Source of the DNA: an uncultured Barnesiella sp.
GTDB lineage: Bacteria; Bacteroidota; Bacteroidia; Bacteroidales; Barnesiellaceae_A
Length of the DNA stretch: 64,000 bases
Direction: 5' to 3'
NCBI GenBank assembly: GCA_944321085.1
Contig: CALUJY010000006.1
Coordinates: 103,193-167,192, forward strand
Part shown: piece after piece, positions 38,709 through 47,728 of the stretch
Position numbering within the stretch: the stretch's first letter is position 1
Layout of the letters: each line of letters begins with the position of its first letter
The notes under the pieces: generated by a model
The model's database searches: none
What the model was told of the DNA's origin: nothing
Seen by the model: only the letters and a program-made list of their open reading frames with translations
Position numbers and translations under genes: made by a program

Positions 38709-40607
38709 TCAATCGGTTTCCAAGTAGGTGTAGCCGTAGAGACCTGAACGGTAGTTCGAGAGGAACTCGCGACCCTCTTCGGGAGTGATGATGCCCGCCT
38801 TCATAGAGGTAGTTACCCATGCCTCTACGCTGCGTACCAACTTTTTGGGCGAGAACTGTACGTAGTCCAATACCTCGGCCACCGTTTCACCGTCGATGAT
38901 TTGGTCTATCTCGTAGCGGTCTTTATAGACGCTGATATGCACGGCATTGGTGTCGCCGAAGAGGTTGTGCAAGTCGCCCAATATCTCTTGGTAGGCACCC
39001 ACAAGGAATACGCCTATATAGTAAGGCTCTTTGCCGATAGTGTGGACGGGCATGGCGCCGGGTGTCGTGCTGTTGTTGGTGATGAAGTTGGTTATCTTGC
39101 CGTCGGAGTCGCAGGTAATGTCTTGCAGTGTAGCCAAGCGGTCGGGACGTTCGTCGAGTCGTCCGATGGGCATGATGGGGAATATCTGGTCTATTGCCCA
39201 CGAGTCGGGCAGCGACTGGAACAGCGAGAAGTTGCAGAAGTATTTGTCGGGCAACAGCCGTTGTATGGCGCGCAGCTCTTCGGGGGCATGTTTCATGCCG
39301 AGGGCTATTTGGTTTACCTCTCTTGCGATAGACCAGAAGAGTTTCTCTATCTGTGCGCGGGTGGCGAGGTCGAGCATTCCGAGGCTGAAAAGGTCGAGCG
39401 CCTCTTCTCTGATTTGCAGCGCATCGTGCCAGCTTTCGAGCATGCGGGGCATGTTCATGTTGTCCCAAATATTGTATAACTCTTTGGCCAACTCGTGAGC
39501 GTTCTCGTCGAGCTCCTCGTGGTCTTCCCAAATGGGCAGCGAGGTAGTTTCGAGAACCTCGAAGATGAGTACCGAGTGGTGAGCCGTGAGCGAACGGCCG
39601 CTCTCGGTGATAATGTTGGGCTGTGGCAGCTTGTTTTTGGTGCAGGCATCTACGAGGGTCGATACCGAGTCGTTGACATACTCTTGTATGGAGTAGTTCA
39701 TGCTGCTTTCGCTCGACGAGGAACGTGAACCGTCGTAGTCAACGCCCAAACCGCCGCCAATATCAACGAAATCGACTTTGAAGCCCATTAGTTGCAGTTG
39801 CACATAGAATTGTGCGGCCTCGCGCAACGCATTTTTGATGCGGCGTATTTTGGTTATCTGGCTGCCGATATGGAAGTGAATAAGTCGCAGACAGTCGGTC
39901 AATTTATGTGTTTGCATAAATTCGAGCGCTTCGAGCAGTTCGCTCGAATTGAGCCCGAACTTGCTGCCGTCGCCGCCCGACTCTTCCCATTTGCCGCTTC
40001 CCGAGCTGGCAAGTTTGATGCGAATGCCTATGTTGGGACGCATGTTGTAGCGTTTGGCTATTTCGGCAATGAGACGCAGCTCGTTGAGCTTCTCGACGAC
40101 GAGGAAAATGCGGCGTCCCATCTTTTGTGCCAGCAAGGCCAGCTCTATGTAGGTTTCGTCTTTGTAGCCGTTGCAGATGATGAGCGAGTTTTTGTCGGTG
40201 TTGATGGCAAGTACGGCGTGCAGCTCGGGTTTCGAACCGGCTTCGAGCCCGATGTTGAATTTCTTGCCATGACCCACAATCTCCTCTACCACAGGCTTCA
40301 TTTGGTTTACCTTGATGGGGTAGATGATGAAGTTTTGCGCGGTATATCCATACTCCTCGGCTGCTTGTGCAAAGCAACGCGAAATCTTCTCGATACGGTT
40401 ATCGAGAATATCGGGAAAGCGTATGAGGATAGGAGCTGTCATGTCGCGTAATTGCAGCTCGTCCATCAGTTCGCGCAGGTCCACCGAAGCACTGTTTTCG
40501 CGTGGTGTTACTTGTACATGCCCTTTCTCGTTGATAGAGAAGTATTTCAATCCCCAACCGTTGATGTTGTACAACTCGGCGGAATCTTCAATGCGCCATT
40601 TTCTCAT
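38709..40607 (-). CDS. speA: Biosynthetic arginine decarboxylase
   Basis: 632 aa with typical SpeA N-terminus (W..E.SAELY.I..WG..YF.IN..G) and a PLP-dependent fold-III decarboxylase pattern. Confidence 0.96.
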   Translation of the reverse strand: MRKWRIEDSAELYNINGWGLKYFSINEKGHVQVTPRENSASVDLRELMDELQLRDMTAPILIRFPDILDNRIEKISRCFAQAAEEYGYTAQNFIIYPIKVNQMKPVVEEIVGHGKKFNIGLEAGSKPELHAVLAINTDKNSLIICNGYKDETYIELALLAQKMGRRIFLVVEKLNELRLIAEIAKRYNMRPNIGIRIKLASSGSGKWEESGGDGSKFGLNSSELLEALEFMQTHKLTDCLRLIHFHIGSQITKIRRIKNALREAAQFYVQLQLMGFKVDFVDIGGGLGVDYDGSRSSSSESSMNYSIQEYVNDSVSTLVDACTKNKLPQPNIITESGRSLTAHHSVLIFEVLETTSLPIWEDHEELDENAHELAKELYNIWDNMNMPRMLESWHDALQIREEALDLFSLGMLDLATRAQIEKLFWSIAREVNQIALGMKHAPEELRAIQRLLPDKYFCNFSLFQSLPDSWAIDQIFPIMPIGRLDERPDRLATLQDITCDSDGKITNFITNNSTTPGAMPVHTIGKEPYYIGVFLVGAYQEILGDLHNLFGDTNAVHISVYKDRYEIDQIIDGETVAEVLDYVQFSPKKLVRSVEAWVTTSMKAGIITPEEGREFLSNYRSGLYGYTYLETD

Positions 40608-40681
40608 CTCATTAAAGTGTAATGTTTTTGTATAATTATAAAAAATCGCACCGCTGCAAGCTGTCGCTTACAGTTTTTTTG

Positions 40682-40689
40682 CAAAAATA
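40682..40689 (-). promoter_or_regulatory. -7 box TATTTTTG upstream of speA
   Basis: Exact match on the minus strand, 75 nt upstream of the speA ATG. Confidence 0.45.
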
Positions 40690-40736
40690 CGCATTATTAT
40701 CGGATTAGCCTCTATTGTACGTTACATTTCTGACAG

Positions 40737-40778
40737 GCAGCCTGCATCATCCGCCGGTTGCGGGACGATGCAGGCTGC
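40737..40778 (-). terminator. Long stem-loop downstream of OM barrel paralog 1
   Basis: GCAGCCTGCATC / GATGCAGGCTGC forms a 12-bp perfect stem with further partial pairing inside. There is no U-tract. Confidence 0.45.
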
Positions 40779-40819
40779 TATGAGTTGCGCGGGTTCTCCC
40801 CGGCCTGTATGCGTGGCTG

Positions 40820-41437
40820 CTAAAATACCAAAGCAACGCCGGCGCAGAGCGAGTGCCGCAAGTTGTTGCTTATATCGTAGTAGCTTTGTTGTGTCGTTTC
40901 GTTATTCACGAGAATGTTGGTGCCGCCGAACTGTTGCAGGTTGTAGCATAGCTGGAAGTTGAGCCCGAAATGTTTCCTGAACATGATGCGGTAGCCTACG
41001 CCCAAGTTCCACAGCCAGCCATAGTTGAGTCCCTCGTAACGGGTTTGCTCTTGTCCCATGCTCCATGTGACGGTTTTGCCCGGGCCTATGGGCGGAGCAT
41101 AACCGAGGTCGGTGAAGGCGTAAAAGCCGGGCACTTTCTTTATCGGTGCGTAACGGAACGTGGCGTAAATGGGCAGCGAGCCGTGCGACCCTGTCTCGCA
41201 GAGCGTAAAGCCGACGCCCGCTCCTGCCGACATTTGGGGTGTAATGTCATACAGGAAGTTGAGCAGGATGGTGTTGCTGTACATTTTGTACTGGTCGCGA
41301 TATACGCATTCGCCCAACATCTGTTCGTTGAGTCCCAGTCCGTAGCGGTAGCCAAGTTCGGCATGAAATTGCGCTTGCAAGGGCAAGGCAGTCCATAGCA
41401 AGAGCGCGGCGAGAAAGACGGTAAGTTTTGTTTTCAT
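40820..41437 (-). CDS. Small outer-membrane beta-barrel protein (OMP_b-brl_2-like), paralog 1
   Basis: 205 aa with a signal peptide, alternating amphipathic strands and a C-terminal aromatic residue (..GVALVF). It shares GW.W/F..G.GY..MFR.HFGL..QL and the C-terminal motif NLRHSL with the next two genes. Confidence 0.75.
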   Translation of the reverse strand: MKTKLTVFLAALLLWTALPLQAQFHAELGYRYGLGLNEQMLGECVYRDQYKMYSNTILLNFLYDITPQMSAGAGVGFTLCETGSHGSLPIYATFRYAPIKKVPGFYAFTDLGYAPPIGPGKTVTWSMGQEQTRYEGLNYGWLWNLGVGYRIMFRKHFGLNFQLCYNLQQFGGTNILVNNETTQQSYYDISNNLRHSLCAGVALVF

Positions 41438-41480
41438 ATAGTTCTTTTTATGTGTTTTTTTGAATCTTCTTTGCGGGGCG

Positions 41481-42059
41481 TCAGAATACGAAACTGATGC
41501 TTGCGCCTAACGAGTGGCGCAGGAATGCTACGCTGCCGGAGTATCCCATTTGGGGTATCATATACTCTTGTGGCTCGCGATAGACGAATTGGTTCAGCAT
41601 ATAACCGAGTTGCAGGCTCAGCCCGAAGTGCCGGCGAAACATCACGCAATACCCCGCGCCGGTGTTGAATACCCAGCCGCGCGGGATGCTTGCCGACCCG
41701 AACGACGGGGCGTAACCTACATCGCCGAAGAGGAAGAAATTGCGATGCTTGACAATGGGGCGGTAGCGGATGATGCCGAGGAACGCAAAATTTTCGTGGA
41801 CAGGGTATCGTTGCAGGTTTACAGCTCCTGCCACACCGGCGGTGATGGCAGGAGTGAAGTCGTACAACGCTGCCAGTCGGAAGGTAAATCCCATCATGCC
41901 GTGCCGCGTAGCATTGTCGTGGAACGTTGCGCCGCACTCCTGCTCGCAGAGCTCTACGCTGTAACGCAAGTCTATCTCTACATGGAATTTGTCCAGCGGC
42001 GTAGGCTTCTCGTCGGGAATAAAAAAGCCCATAATAAGCGATAACAGTAGTGCGAGCAT
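41481..42059 (-). CDS. Small outer-membrane beta-barrel protein, paralog 2
   Basis: 192 aa with the same strand pattern as paralog 1 and the C-terminus FLRHSLGASISFVF. Confidence 0.7.
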   Translation of the reverse strand: MLALLLSLIMGFFIPDEKPTPLDKFHVEIDLRYSVELCEQECGATFHDNATRHGMMGFTFRLAALYDFTPAITAGVAGAVNLQRYPVHENFAFLGIIRYRPIVKHRNFFLFGDVGYAPSFGSASIPRGWVFNTGAGYCVMFRRHFGLSLQLGYMLNQFVYREPQEYMIPQMGYSGSVAFLRHSLGASISFVF

Positions 42060-42081
42060 AAGTCGATGTATGTAATGGATA

Positions 42082-42672
42082 TTAGAATACCAAACCTAAG
42101 GTGAAAGCTAACGAGTGGCGCAGATTGTTACGCTCGACAGTAAAACTCTTGTTGGTATATCTTTCGTACATGGTTGTTTTTACACCTTTATATTGCTGCA
42201 TAAAATAGTTTAGTTGGAAGTTGAGCCCGAAATGTTTTGAACATCCATCTGTAACCTATACCCGTATCCATATCCATATCCATCCTTGTGGCATACTCTG
42301 CTTGTCTTTGCAAGGTATGGTATAGCCCAAGTCGGTGAAAATGTAGAGCGGCGTATGGCTTTTGATGGGGCTGAAACGCACGGTGGCGAATATCGGAAAG
42401 GTATATAATTTGTGGTATTCGGCCATACCAGCGCTGATGCCTATTCCTGTTGCGATTTGAGGCGTTATCTGGTATATGGCTGTTAATTGCAGGTAATAGT
42501 TGTGCATGTCGTATTCGGCAATGTACAGCTCGCGACCTATCATCTGTTCGCGTATTCCCAAGCAGTAGCGGTAGTCGATGCCTACATGAAATTGTGAGTA
42601 GGCTGCCGGGGCAAAAAGAACGGAAGCTATCGTTGTTAGCAATATATATCTGATGAGGTTGTGCTTCTTCAT
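42082..42672 (-). pseudogene. Frameshifted third paralog of the small OM beta-barrel family
   Basis: The N-terminal 138 codons are intact (42256-42672) and end at a TAG just after a (TATCCA)x3 repeat. The C-terminal part is recoverable only in two other frames. One gives TGIGYRWMF. After a T4/A4 run at 42235-42238, another gives KHFGLNFQLNYF...NLRHSLAFTLGLVF*, ending at the stop at 42082-42084. Confidence 0.6.
42265..42282. repeat. (TATCCA)x3 hexanucleotide repeat at the truncation point of the OM barrel pseudogene
   Basis: Three perfect units are read directly from the sequence. Confidence 0.9.
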
Positions 42673-42891
42673 GATATTTTATGCTTCAAAAAGTCTATTT
42701 TATTCTGTTATAAGAGCATGACAGTGCGGCGAAAAGTATTTGTCGGCGGTATAAATCGATTGTTTTATCTATTTCATTCATGCTGTTTGACAAATATATT
42801 GAATATATTGCTCTTTTCAAAAAAATATCGAGAATATTTTTGAAAAAAATATATATTGTTTTGGTAGGCAGGCATTGTAAGGGGCAAAAAA

Positions 42892-42925
42892 ATACCTGTG
42901 CTGTACAATATGACAGCGCAGGTAT
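42892..42925 (-). terminator. Rho-independent terminator downstream of asnS
   Basis: ATACCTG(T)GCTGT / ACAGC(G)CAGGTAT forms the stem, followed on the minus strand by T7. Confidence 0.75.
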
Positions 42926-42961
42926 TTATAGTTGTACAAGGCCGAGCCTTGTGTGTGAATT

Positions 42962-44359
42962 TTAGAATTCGGCCGATTTGGGCGTGCGCGGGAAAGGTAT
43001 CACGTCACGGATGTTGGTCATGCCCGTCACGAAGAGTACGAGACGCTCGAAGCCGAGTCCGAAGCCTGAGTGGGGTGCTGTACCGAAGCGGCGGGTATCG
43101 AGGTACCACCACATATCTTTCATGGGTATGTTGAGCTCCTCGATGCGTTGCAGCAGCTTGTTGTAGTCGGCCTCGCGTTCCGATCCGCCGATGATTTCGC
43201 CGATACGGGGGAAGAGCACATCCATGGCGCGAACGGTCTTGCCGTCGTCGTTGAGCTTCATGTAGAAAGCCTTTATCTCTTTGGGATAGTCGGTGAGGAT
43301 AACGGGTTTCTTGAAGTGTTGCTCTACGAGGAAGCGCTCGTGCTCCGATTGCAGGTCGGCTCCCCAATATACGGGGAACTCGAACTTGTGGTGCGACTCT
43401 TCGAGTATCTTGATGCCCTCGCTGTAAGGCAGTCTTACGAAGTCGTTATCGACTACGAAACGCAGGTGGTTTATCAGCTCCTTATCGTACATCTCGCAGA
43501 GGAAATTGAGGTCGTCGGCGCAGTGGTCGAGAGCATAGCGGATGCAATATTTCAGGAAGTCCTCGGCGAGGTCCATGTTGTCGTTGATGTCGTTGAAGGC
43601 AACCTCGGGTTCTATCATCCAAAACTCGGCGAGGTGGCGCGGCGTGTTGGAGTTCTCGGCACGGAACGTAGGTCCGAAAGTGTATATGCCGCCCAGTGCC
43701 ATGGCGCCGAGCTCGCCTTCGAGTTGTCCCGACACGGTAAGGCTCGTTTGCTTGCCGAAGAAGTCTTGCGAGTAGTCGATTTTTCCTTCCTCGGTGCGTG
43801 GCAGGTTGTTGAGGTCGAGAGTGGTTACTTGGAACATCGCACCTGCACCCTCGCAGTCGCTTGCCGTGATGAGCGGCGTGTTGAGGTAGAAGAAGCCGTG
43901 GTCGTTGAAGTATTTGTGTATTGCATAGGCGAGATGGTGGCGTATGCGCAATACAGCGCCGAAAGTGTTGGTGCGGGGACGCAGGTGAGCTATCTCGCGC
44001 AGAAATTCGAGGCTGTGTCCTTTCTTTTGCAAGGGGTATTCGTTGGGGTCGGCGCTACCGTACACCTCTATGTGGTCGGCTTGTACTTCGGCGGTCTGTC
44101 CTTTGCCCATCGATTCTACCAATTTGCCGGTGACGCAGAGGCAGGCGCCGGTGGTGACGGGTTTGAGTTGCTCTTCGTCGAACTTGGCAAGGTCTACCAC
44201 GATTTGTATGTTCTTGAGGGTGCTGCCGTCGTTGAGGGCGATGAAGCTGACGTTTTTATTGCCGCGACGAGTGCGCACCCAACCTTTCACGCATACGGTC
44301 GAGCCGTAAAGCGCGGGGTCGAGTATCTCCGATATTTTGGTTCTTTTTATCGTTTCCAT
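42962..44359 (-). CDS. asnS: Asparagine--tRNA ligase
   Basis: 465 aa with an N-terminal OB fold and class II motifs ([22 protein letters not shown]). Confidence 0.97.
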   Translation of the reverse strand: METIKRTKISEILDPALYGSTVCVKGWVRTRRGNKNVSFIALNDGSTLKNIQIVVDLAKFDEEQLKPVTTGACLCVTGKLVESMGKGQTAEVQADHIEVYGSADPNEYPLQKKGHSLEFLREIAHLRPRTNTFGAVLRIRHHLAYAIHKYFNDHGFFYLNTPLITASDCEGAGAMFQVTTLDLNNLPRTEEGKIDYSQDFFGKQTSLTVSGQLEGELGAMALGGIYTFGPTFRAENSNTPRHLAEFWMIEPEVAFNDINDNMDLAEDFLKYCIRYALDHCADDLNFLCEMYDKELINHLRFVVDNDFVRLPYSEGIKILEESHHKFEFPVYWGADLQSEHERFLVEQHFKKPVILTDYPKEIKAFYMKLNDDGKTVRAMDVLFPRIGEIIGGSEREADYNKLLQRIEELNIPMKDMWWYLDTRRFGTAPHSGFGLGFERLVLFVTGMTNIRDVIPFPRTPKSAEF

Positions 44360-44426
44360 GATGTGTTTCTGTGTTTTATCAAATTGTCACCGCCCCTTCT
44401 GTCGGAAGCGGCGGTGATGATATGTT

Positions 44427-45866
44427 TTATTCGAACGAGCCTCTCATGAGCATGTTTACCTCGGCTTGTGTGAGGTAACGCCAGCGGCCGCGAGGCAGGT
44501 TTTTCTTGGTCAGTCCGGCGAAATATACGCGGTCGAGTTTCACTACGTGGTAGCCGAGCGCCTCGAATATGCGTCGTACGATGCGGTTGCGGCCTGAGTG
44601 TATCTCTATACCTATTTGGTTGCGGTCGGTCTCTGTGGCATAGCTTACGGCATCGGCGTGTACGTTTCCGTCGTCAAGTTCTATGCCGTCGGCAATGCGT
44701 TGCATATCCTCTTCGGTAACGTCTTTATCGGTCCATACGTGGTATATTTTTTTCTTCACGAATTTGGGATGCGTCAGTTTCGATGCAAGGTCGCCGTCGT
44801 TGGTGAGAAGCAGTACGCCGGTGGTGTTGCGGTCTAAGCGTCCTACGGGGTAGATGCGCTCCGAGCAGGCATTGCGAACGATGTCCATGACGGTGAGCCG
44901 GCCTTGCGGGTCGTCGGATGTTGTGACGCAATCTTTGGGCTTGTTCAGCAACACATATACTTTGTTTTCGAGTCCTACCTCTTTGTCGCGGAAGGTTACG
45001 GTATCGGTGGGTGTGATTTTCGAGCCGAGCTCGGTCACTACGTTGCCGTTTACTTTTACCTCGCCGGCTTGTATGAACTCGTCGGCCTCGCGGCGCGAGC
45101 AGATACCGGCATTGGCAAGGAACTTGTTGAGGCGTATCGGTTGTGTGGGGTCTATGGGCGGCAACTCATACTCTACGCGTTGGGGACGCGGCACGAAACG
45201 TTTTTGTCCCATTCCTCCACGGTTGTTTTTGCCTCCGAAACCGCCACGGTTGTTGTAACCTCCTTGGTTGTTGTAACGGCTGTTATATCCGCCGCGGTTG
45301 TTATTGTAACCTCCTTGGTTGTTGTAGTTGCGGTTGTATCCGCCTTCACGATTGCCGTATGCGGGATTGTTATTGCCCTCGGCATTTTCGTTATTGTTGT
45401 TATTATATCCTCGATTGTAACCTCCTTGGTTGTTGTAGCGGTTGTTATATCCGCCGCGGTTGTTATTGTAACCTCCTTGGTTGTTGTAGCGGTTGTTATA
45501 TCCGCCGCGGTTGTTATTGTAACCTCCTTGGTTGTTGTAGTTGCGGTTGTATCCGCCTTCACGATTGCCGTATGTGGGGTTGTTATTGCCCTCGGCATTT
45601 TCGTTATTGTTGTTATTATATCCTCGATTGTAACTTCCTTGGTTGTTATAGCGGTTGTAACCTCCCTCACGGTTGTATCCGTAAGAGTGGCGTTCTGTAC
45701 CGTAGCCCTTTTCACTTGTGTAAGAGGCTTGCTGACGCTCGTTGTCGTTGTTTTCGGGACTGCTTGCCTCGTTGCTTTTTTCTGTGTTTTCAGTAAAACC
45801 CTCACGCATTGCGGCCCCGCGCGCTTCACCTATGCGGGGACGTTTGGTCTTTTTTTCTCCTTCCAT
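44427..45866 (-). CDS. rluB: RluB/RsuA-family rRNA pseudouridine synthase with ~220-aa low-complexity N-terminal extension
   Basis: The C-terminal 235 aa comprise an S4 domain (IRLNKFLANAGICSRREADEFI) and a catalytic core (PVGRLDRNTTGVLLLTNDG). The N-terminal part is N/G/Y/R-rich repeats. Confidence 0.9.
   Translation of the reverse strand: MEGEKKTKRPRIGEARGAAMREGFTENTEKSNEASSPENNDNERQQASYTSEKGYGTERHSYGYNREGGYNRYNNQGSYNRGYNNNNNENAEGNNNPTYGNREGGYNRNYNNQGGYNNNRGGYNNRYNNQGGYNNNRGGYNNRYNNQGGYNRGYNNNNNENAEGNNNPAYGNREGGYNRNYNNQGGYNNNRGGYNSRYNNQGGYNNRGGFGGKNNRGGMGQKRFVPRPQRVEYELPPIDPTQPIRLNKFLANAGICSRREADEFIQAGEVKVNGNVVTELGSKITPTDTVTFRDKEVGLENKVYVLLNKPKDCVTTSDDPQGRLTVMDIVRNACSERIYPVGRLDRNTTGVLLLTNDGDLASKLTHPKFVKKKIYHVWTDKDVTEEDMQRIADGIELDDGNVHADAVSYATETDRNQIGIEIHSGRNRIVRRIFEALGYHVVKLDRVYFAGLTKKNLPRGRWRYLTQAEVNMLMRGSFE
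45250..45665 (-). repeat. In-frame coding tandem repeats inside rluB (213-nt duplication containing perfect 51-nt repeats)
   Basis: The 51-nt unit cctccttggttgttgtagcggttgttatatccgccgcggttgttattgtaa occurs twice back-to-back without mismatch (45421-45471 and 45472-45522). A diverged copy lies near 45250. Longer blocks recur with a 213-nt period (for example 45331 versus 45544). Confidence 0.9.
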
Positions 45867-46042
45867 GTAAGTAAAAGTTATTTTTTATGAACCTCTCGGC
45901 TGTTGTTGATAAATAAAGTAGTCCTAATATCTTTAATAGTGTTATTATACCTATCCTAAAATTATCTTGCTGCAAAGATGCAAATGTTTTTTGGATTGAG
46001 CATCATAGCGGCGCGAAAATTATAGCGGTATCGTGATAAATA

Positions 46043-46080
46043 AATGGCAAAATGCGCCCTGTGGTTTGCATTCTGCCATT
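46043..46080 (-). terminator. Stem-loop downstream of purB
   Basis: AATGGCA.AATGC / GCATT.TGCCATT, followed on the minus strand by TTATTTAT. Confidence 0.55.
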
Positions 46081-46121
46081 GTTTTAGAAAAATTAACTTG
46101 TTAATACCTGCGATATGTTGC

Positions 46122-47471
46122 TCAGAACCCGGTATAGGTGTGTGGCGAGAGTTTGTGCAACTCTTCTTTGACAGCGTCGCTCACGTCGAGCGTGTCGATA
46201 AAACGGCTTATGGCCTCGGCATCGATGGTGGTGTTGGTACGTGTCAGCGCTTTCAGTGTTTCGTAGGGTTTGGGGTAGCCTTCGCGTCGTAAGATGGTTT
46301 GTATTCCTTCGGCTACGACGTTCCACATGTTGTCGAGGTCGCGGTCTATGGCTGCGCGGTTGAGCAGCAGTTTGTGCAGGCCTTTCAGTGTGCTATGCAG
46401 AGCAATGAGGGTATGAGCCATAGGTACACCTACGTTGCGCAGTACAGTAGAGTCGGTAAGGTCGCGTTGTAGGCGCGACACGGGCAGTTTCTGTGCCAAG
46501 TGACTGTATATGGCGTTGGCAATGCCGAGGTTGCCCTCGGAGTTCTCGAAGTCTATGGGGTTTACCTTGTGGGGCATGGCCGATGAACCAACCTCGCCGG
46601 CTTTGATTTTCTGCTTGAAGTATTCCATAGAGATGTATTGCCAAAAGTCGCGGTCTAAGTCGATAATGACCGTGTTGATGCGGCGCAAGGCATCGAAGAG
46701 AGCGGCAAGGTTGTCGTAATTGGATATTTGAGTGGTGTATTCCTCACGCTCTATGCCTAAATTTTTGCGGAGGAAGCGGGCGGCAAATGCAGGCCAATCG
46801 ATGTGCGGGAATGCCGTATGATGGGCGTTGAAGTTGCCTGTTGCGCCGCCGAATTTACCGCTGATGGGTATAGCCTGCAACAATCTGATTTGCTGCTCCA
46901 AGCGATAGGCAAATACCCGCACCTCTTTGCCCAACCGGGTAGGCGATGCCGGCTGTCCGTGGGTCTTGGCCAGCATGGGTATATCTTTCCACTCCTCGGC
47001 ATAGCTGTTGAGCAGGGCTACGGTCTCTTGCAACAAAGGCATGTATGCCTCGTGCAACGCCTCTTTGATAGAGAGTGGTATGGCGGTGTTGTTGATGTCT
47101 TGCGAAGTAAGGCCGAAATGGATAAACTCCTTGTATGCCTCCAATCCCAAACGGTCGAATTGCTCTTTGATAAAATATTCTACCGCTTTCACATCGTGGT
47201 TGGTGACCGATTCTATCTCTTTTACGCGGGCTGCGTCGGCCTCGTCGAAGTTGCGATATATGTCGCGCAGCGAGTTGTATATGTCGCCGGCTATTCCGCT
47301 CAGTTGCGGCAGCGGCAGTTGGCACAAGGCTATGAAATATTCAATTTCTACGCGTACTCTGTAACGTATCAAAGCCCATTCCGAGAAGTAGGGGACGAGC
47401 GATTCGGTCTTGCTGTGATAGCGGCCGTCGATGGGCGAAACCGCCGTCAGGGGTGATAATGGCATCGTCAT
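46122..47471 (-). CDS. purB: Adenylosuccinate lyase
   Basis: The track ORF was trimmed to the ATG at 47471 (MTMPLSPLTAVSPIDGRY). It carries the fumarate-lyase signature GSSAMPHKVNP. A TATCTTTG -7 box lies 19 nt upstream of the trimmed start. Confidence 0.95.
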   Translation of the reverse strand: MTMPLSPLTAVSPIDGRYHSKTESLVPYFSEWALIRYRVRVEIEYFIALCQLPLPQLSGIAGDIYNSLRDIYRNFDEADAARVKEIESVTNHDVKAVEYFIKEQFDRLGLEAYKEFIHFGLTSQDINNTAIPLSIKEALHEAYMPLLQETVALLNSYAEEWKDIPMLAKTHGQPASPTRLGKEVRVFAYRLEQQIRLLQAIPISGKFGGATGNFNAHHTAFPHIDWPAFAARFLRKNLGIEREEYTTQISNYDNLAALFDALRRINTVIIDLDRDFWQYISMEYFKQKIKAGEVGSSAMPHKVNPIDFENSEGNLGIANAIYSHLAQKLPVSRLQRDLTDSTVLRNVGVPMAHTLIALHSTLKGLHKLLLNRAAIDRDLDNMWNVVAEGIQTILRREGYPKPYETLKALTRTNTTIDAEAISRFIDTLDVSDAVKEELHKLSPHTYTGF

Positions 47472-47489
47472 GGTTGTGATATTTTGCTG

Positions 47490-47497
47490 CAAAGATA
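47490..47497 (-). promoter_or_regulatory. -7 box TATCTTTG upstream of purB
   Basis: Exact match on the minus strand, 19 nt upstream of the ATG at 47471. It lies inside the over-extended track ORF, which supports the trimmed start. Confidence 0.5.
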
Positions 47498-47728
47498 ATA
47501 CAAACGGAGGCAAAACGAAATAAAGCCGGTATTCTTTCACATGCCGAGTGCCCCGTTGGCTTATTCCGTAAGATGGCATACAGGATACTCAAACGCGAAA
47601 ACGAGGTCGAACGCCTTGTAGAGAAGCGTGTCGGCAGGGCTGATATTTTTACAAAAAATATGAGTTGCGCGTAATGTCAAGCTGATAGAATTTAGTACTT
47701 TTGCGGTGAATTACTGAAACCGATACTC

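Noticed and set aside
43070-44449. Very long antisense ORFs opposite housekeeping genes. Examples are 43070-44449 (459 aa, opposite asnS), 23980-25344 (454 aa, opposite nnr and the DUF4831-like gene) and 30285-31319 (opposite der). Others are 44904-45890 (opposite rluB), 49324-50310 (opposite mreB), 47711-48433 and 48434-49318 (opposite purH), and 37902-38579 (opposite truA).
   Set aside because: Their translations are low-complexity (V/G/A/R/H-rich) with no recognisable motifs. The opposite strand in each case encodes an unmistakable conserved protein. Such shadow ORFs are expected from the codon bias of the real genes.
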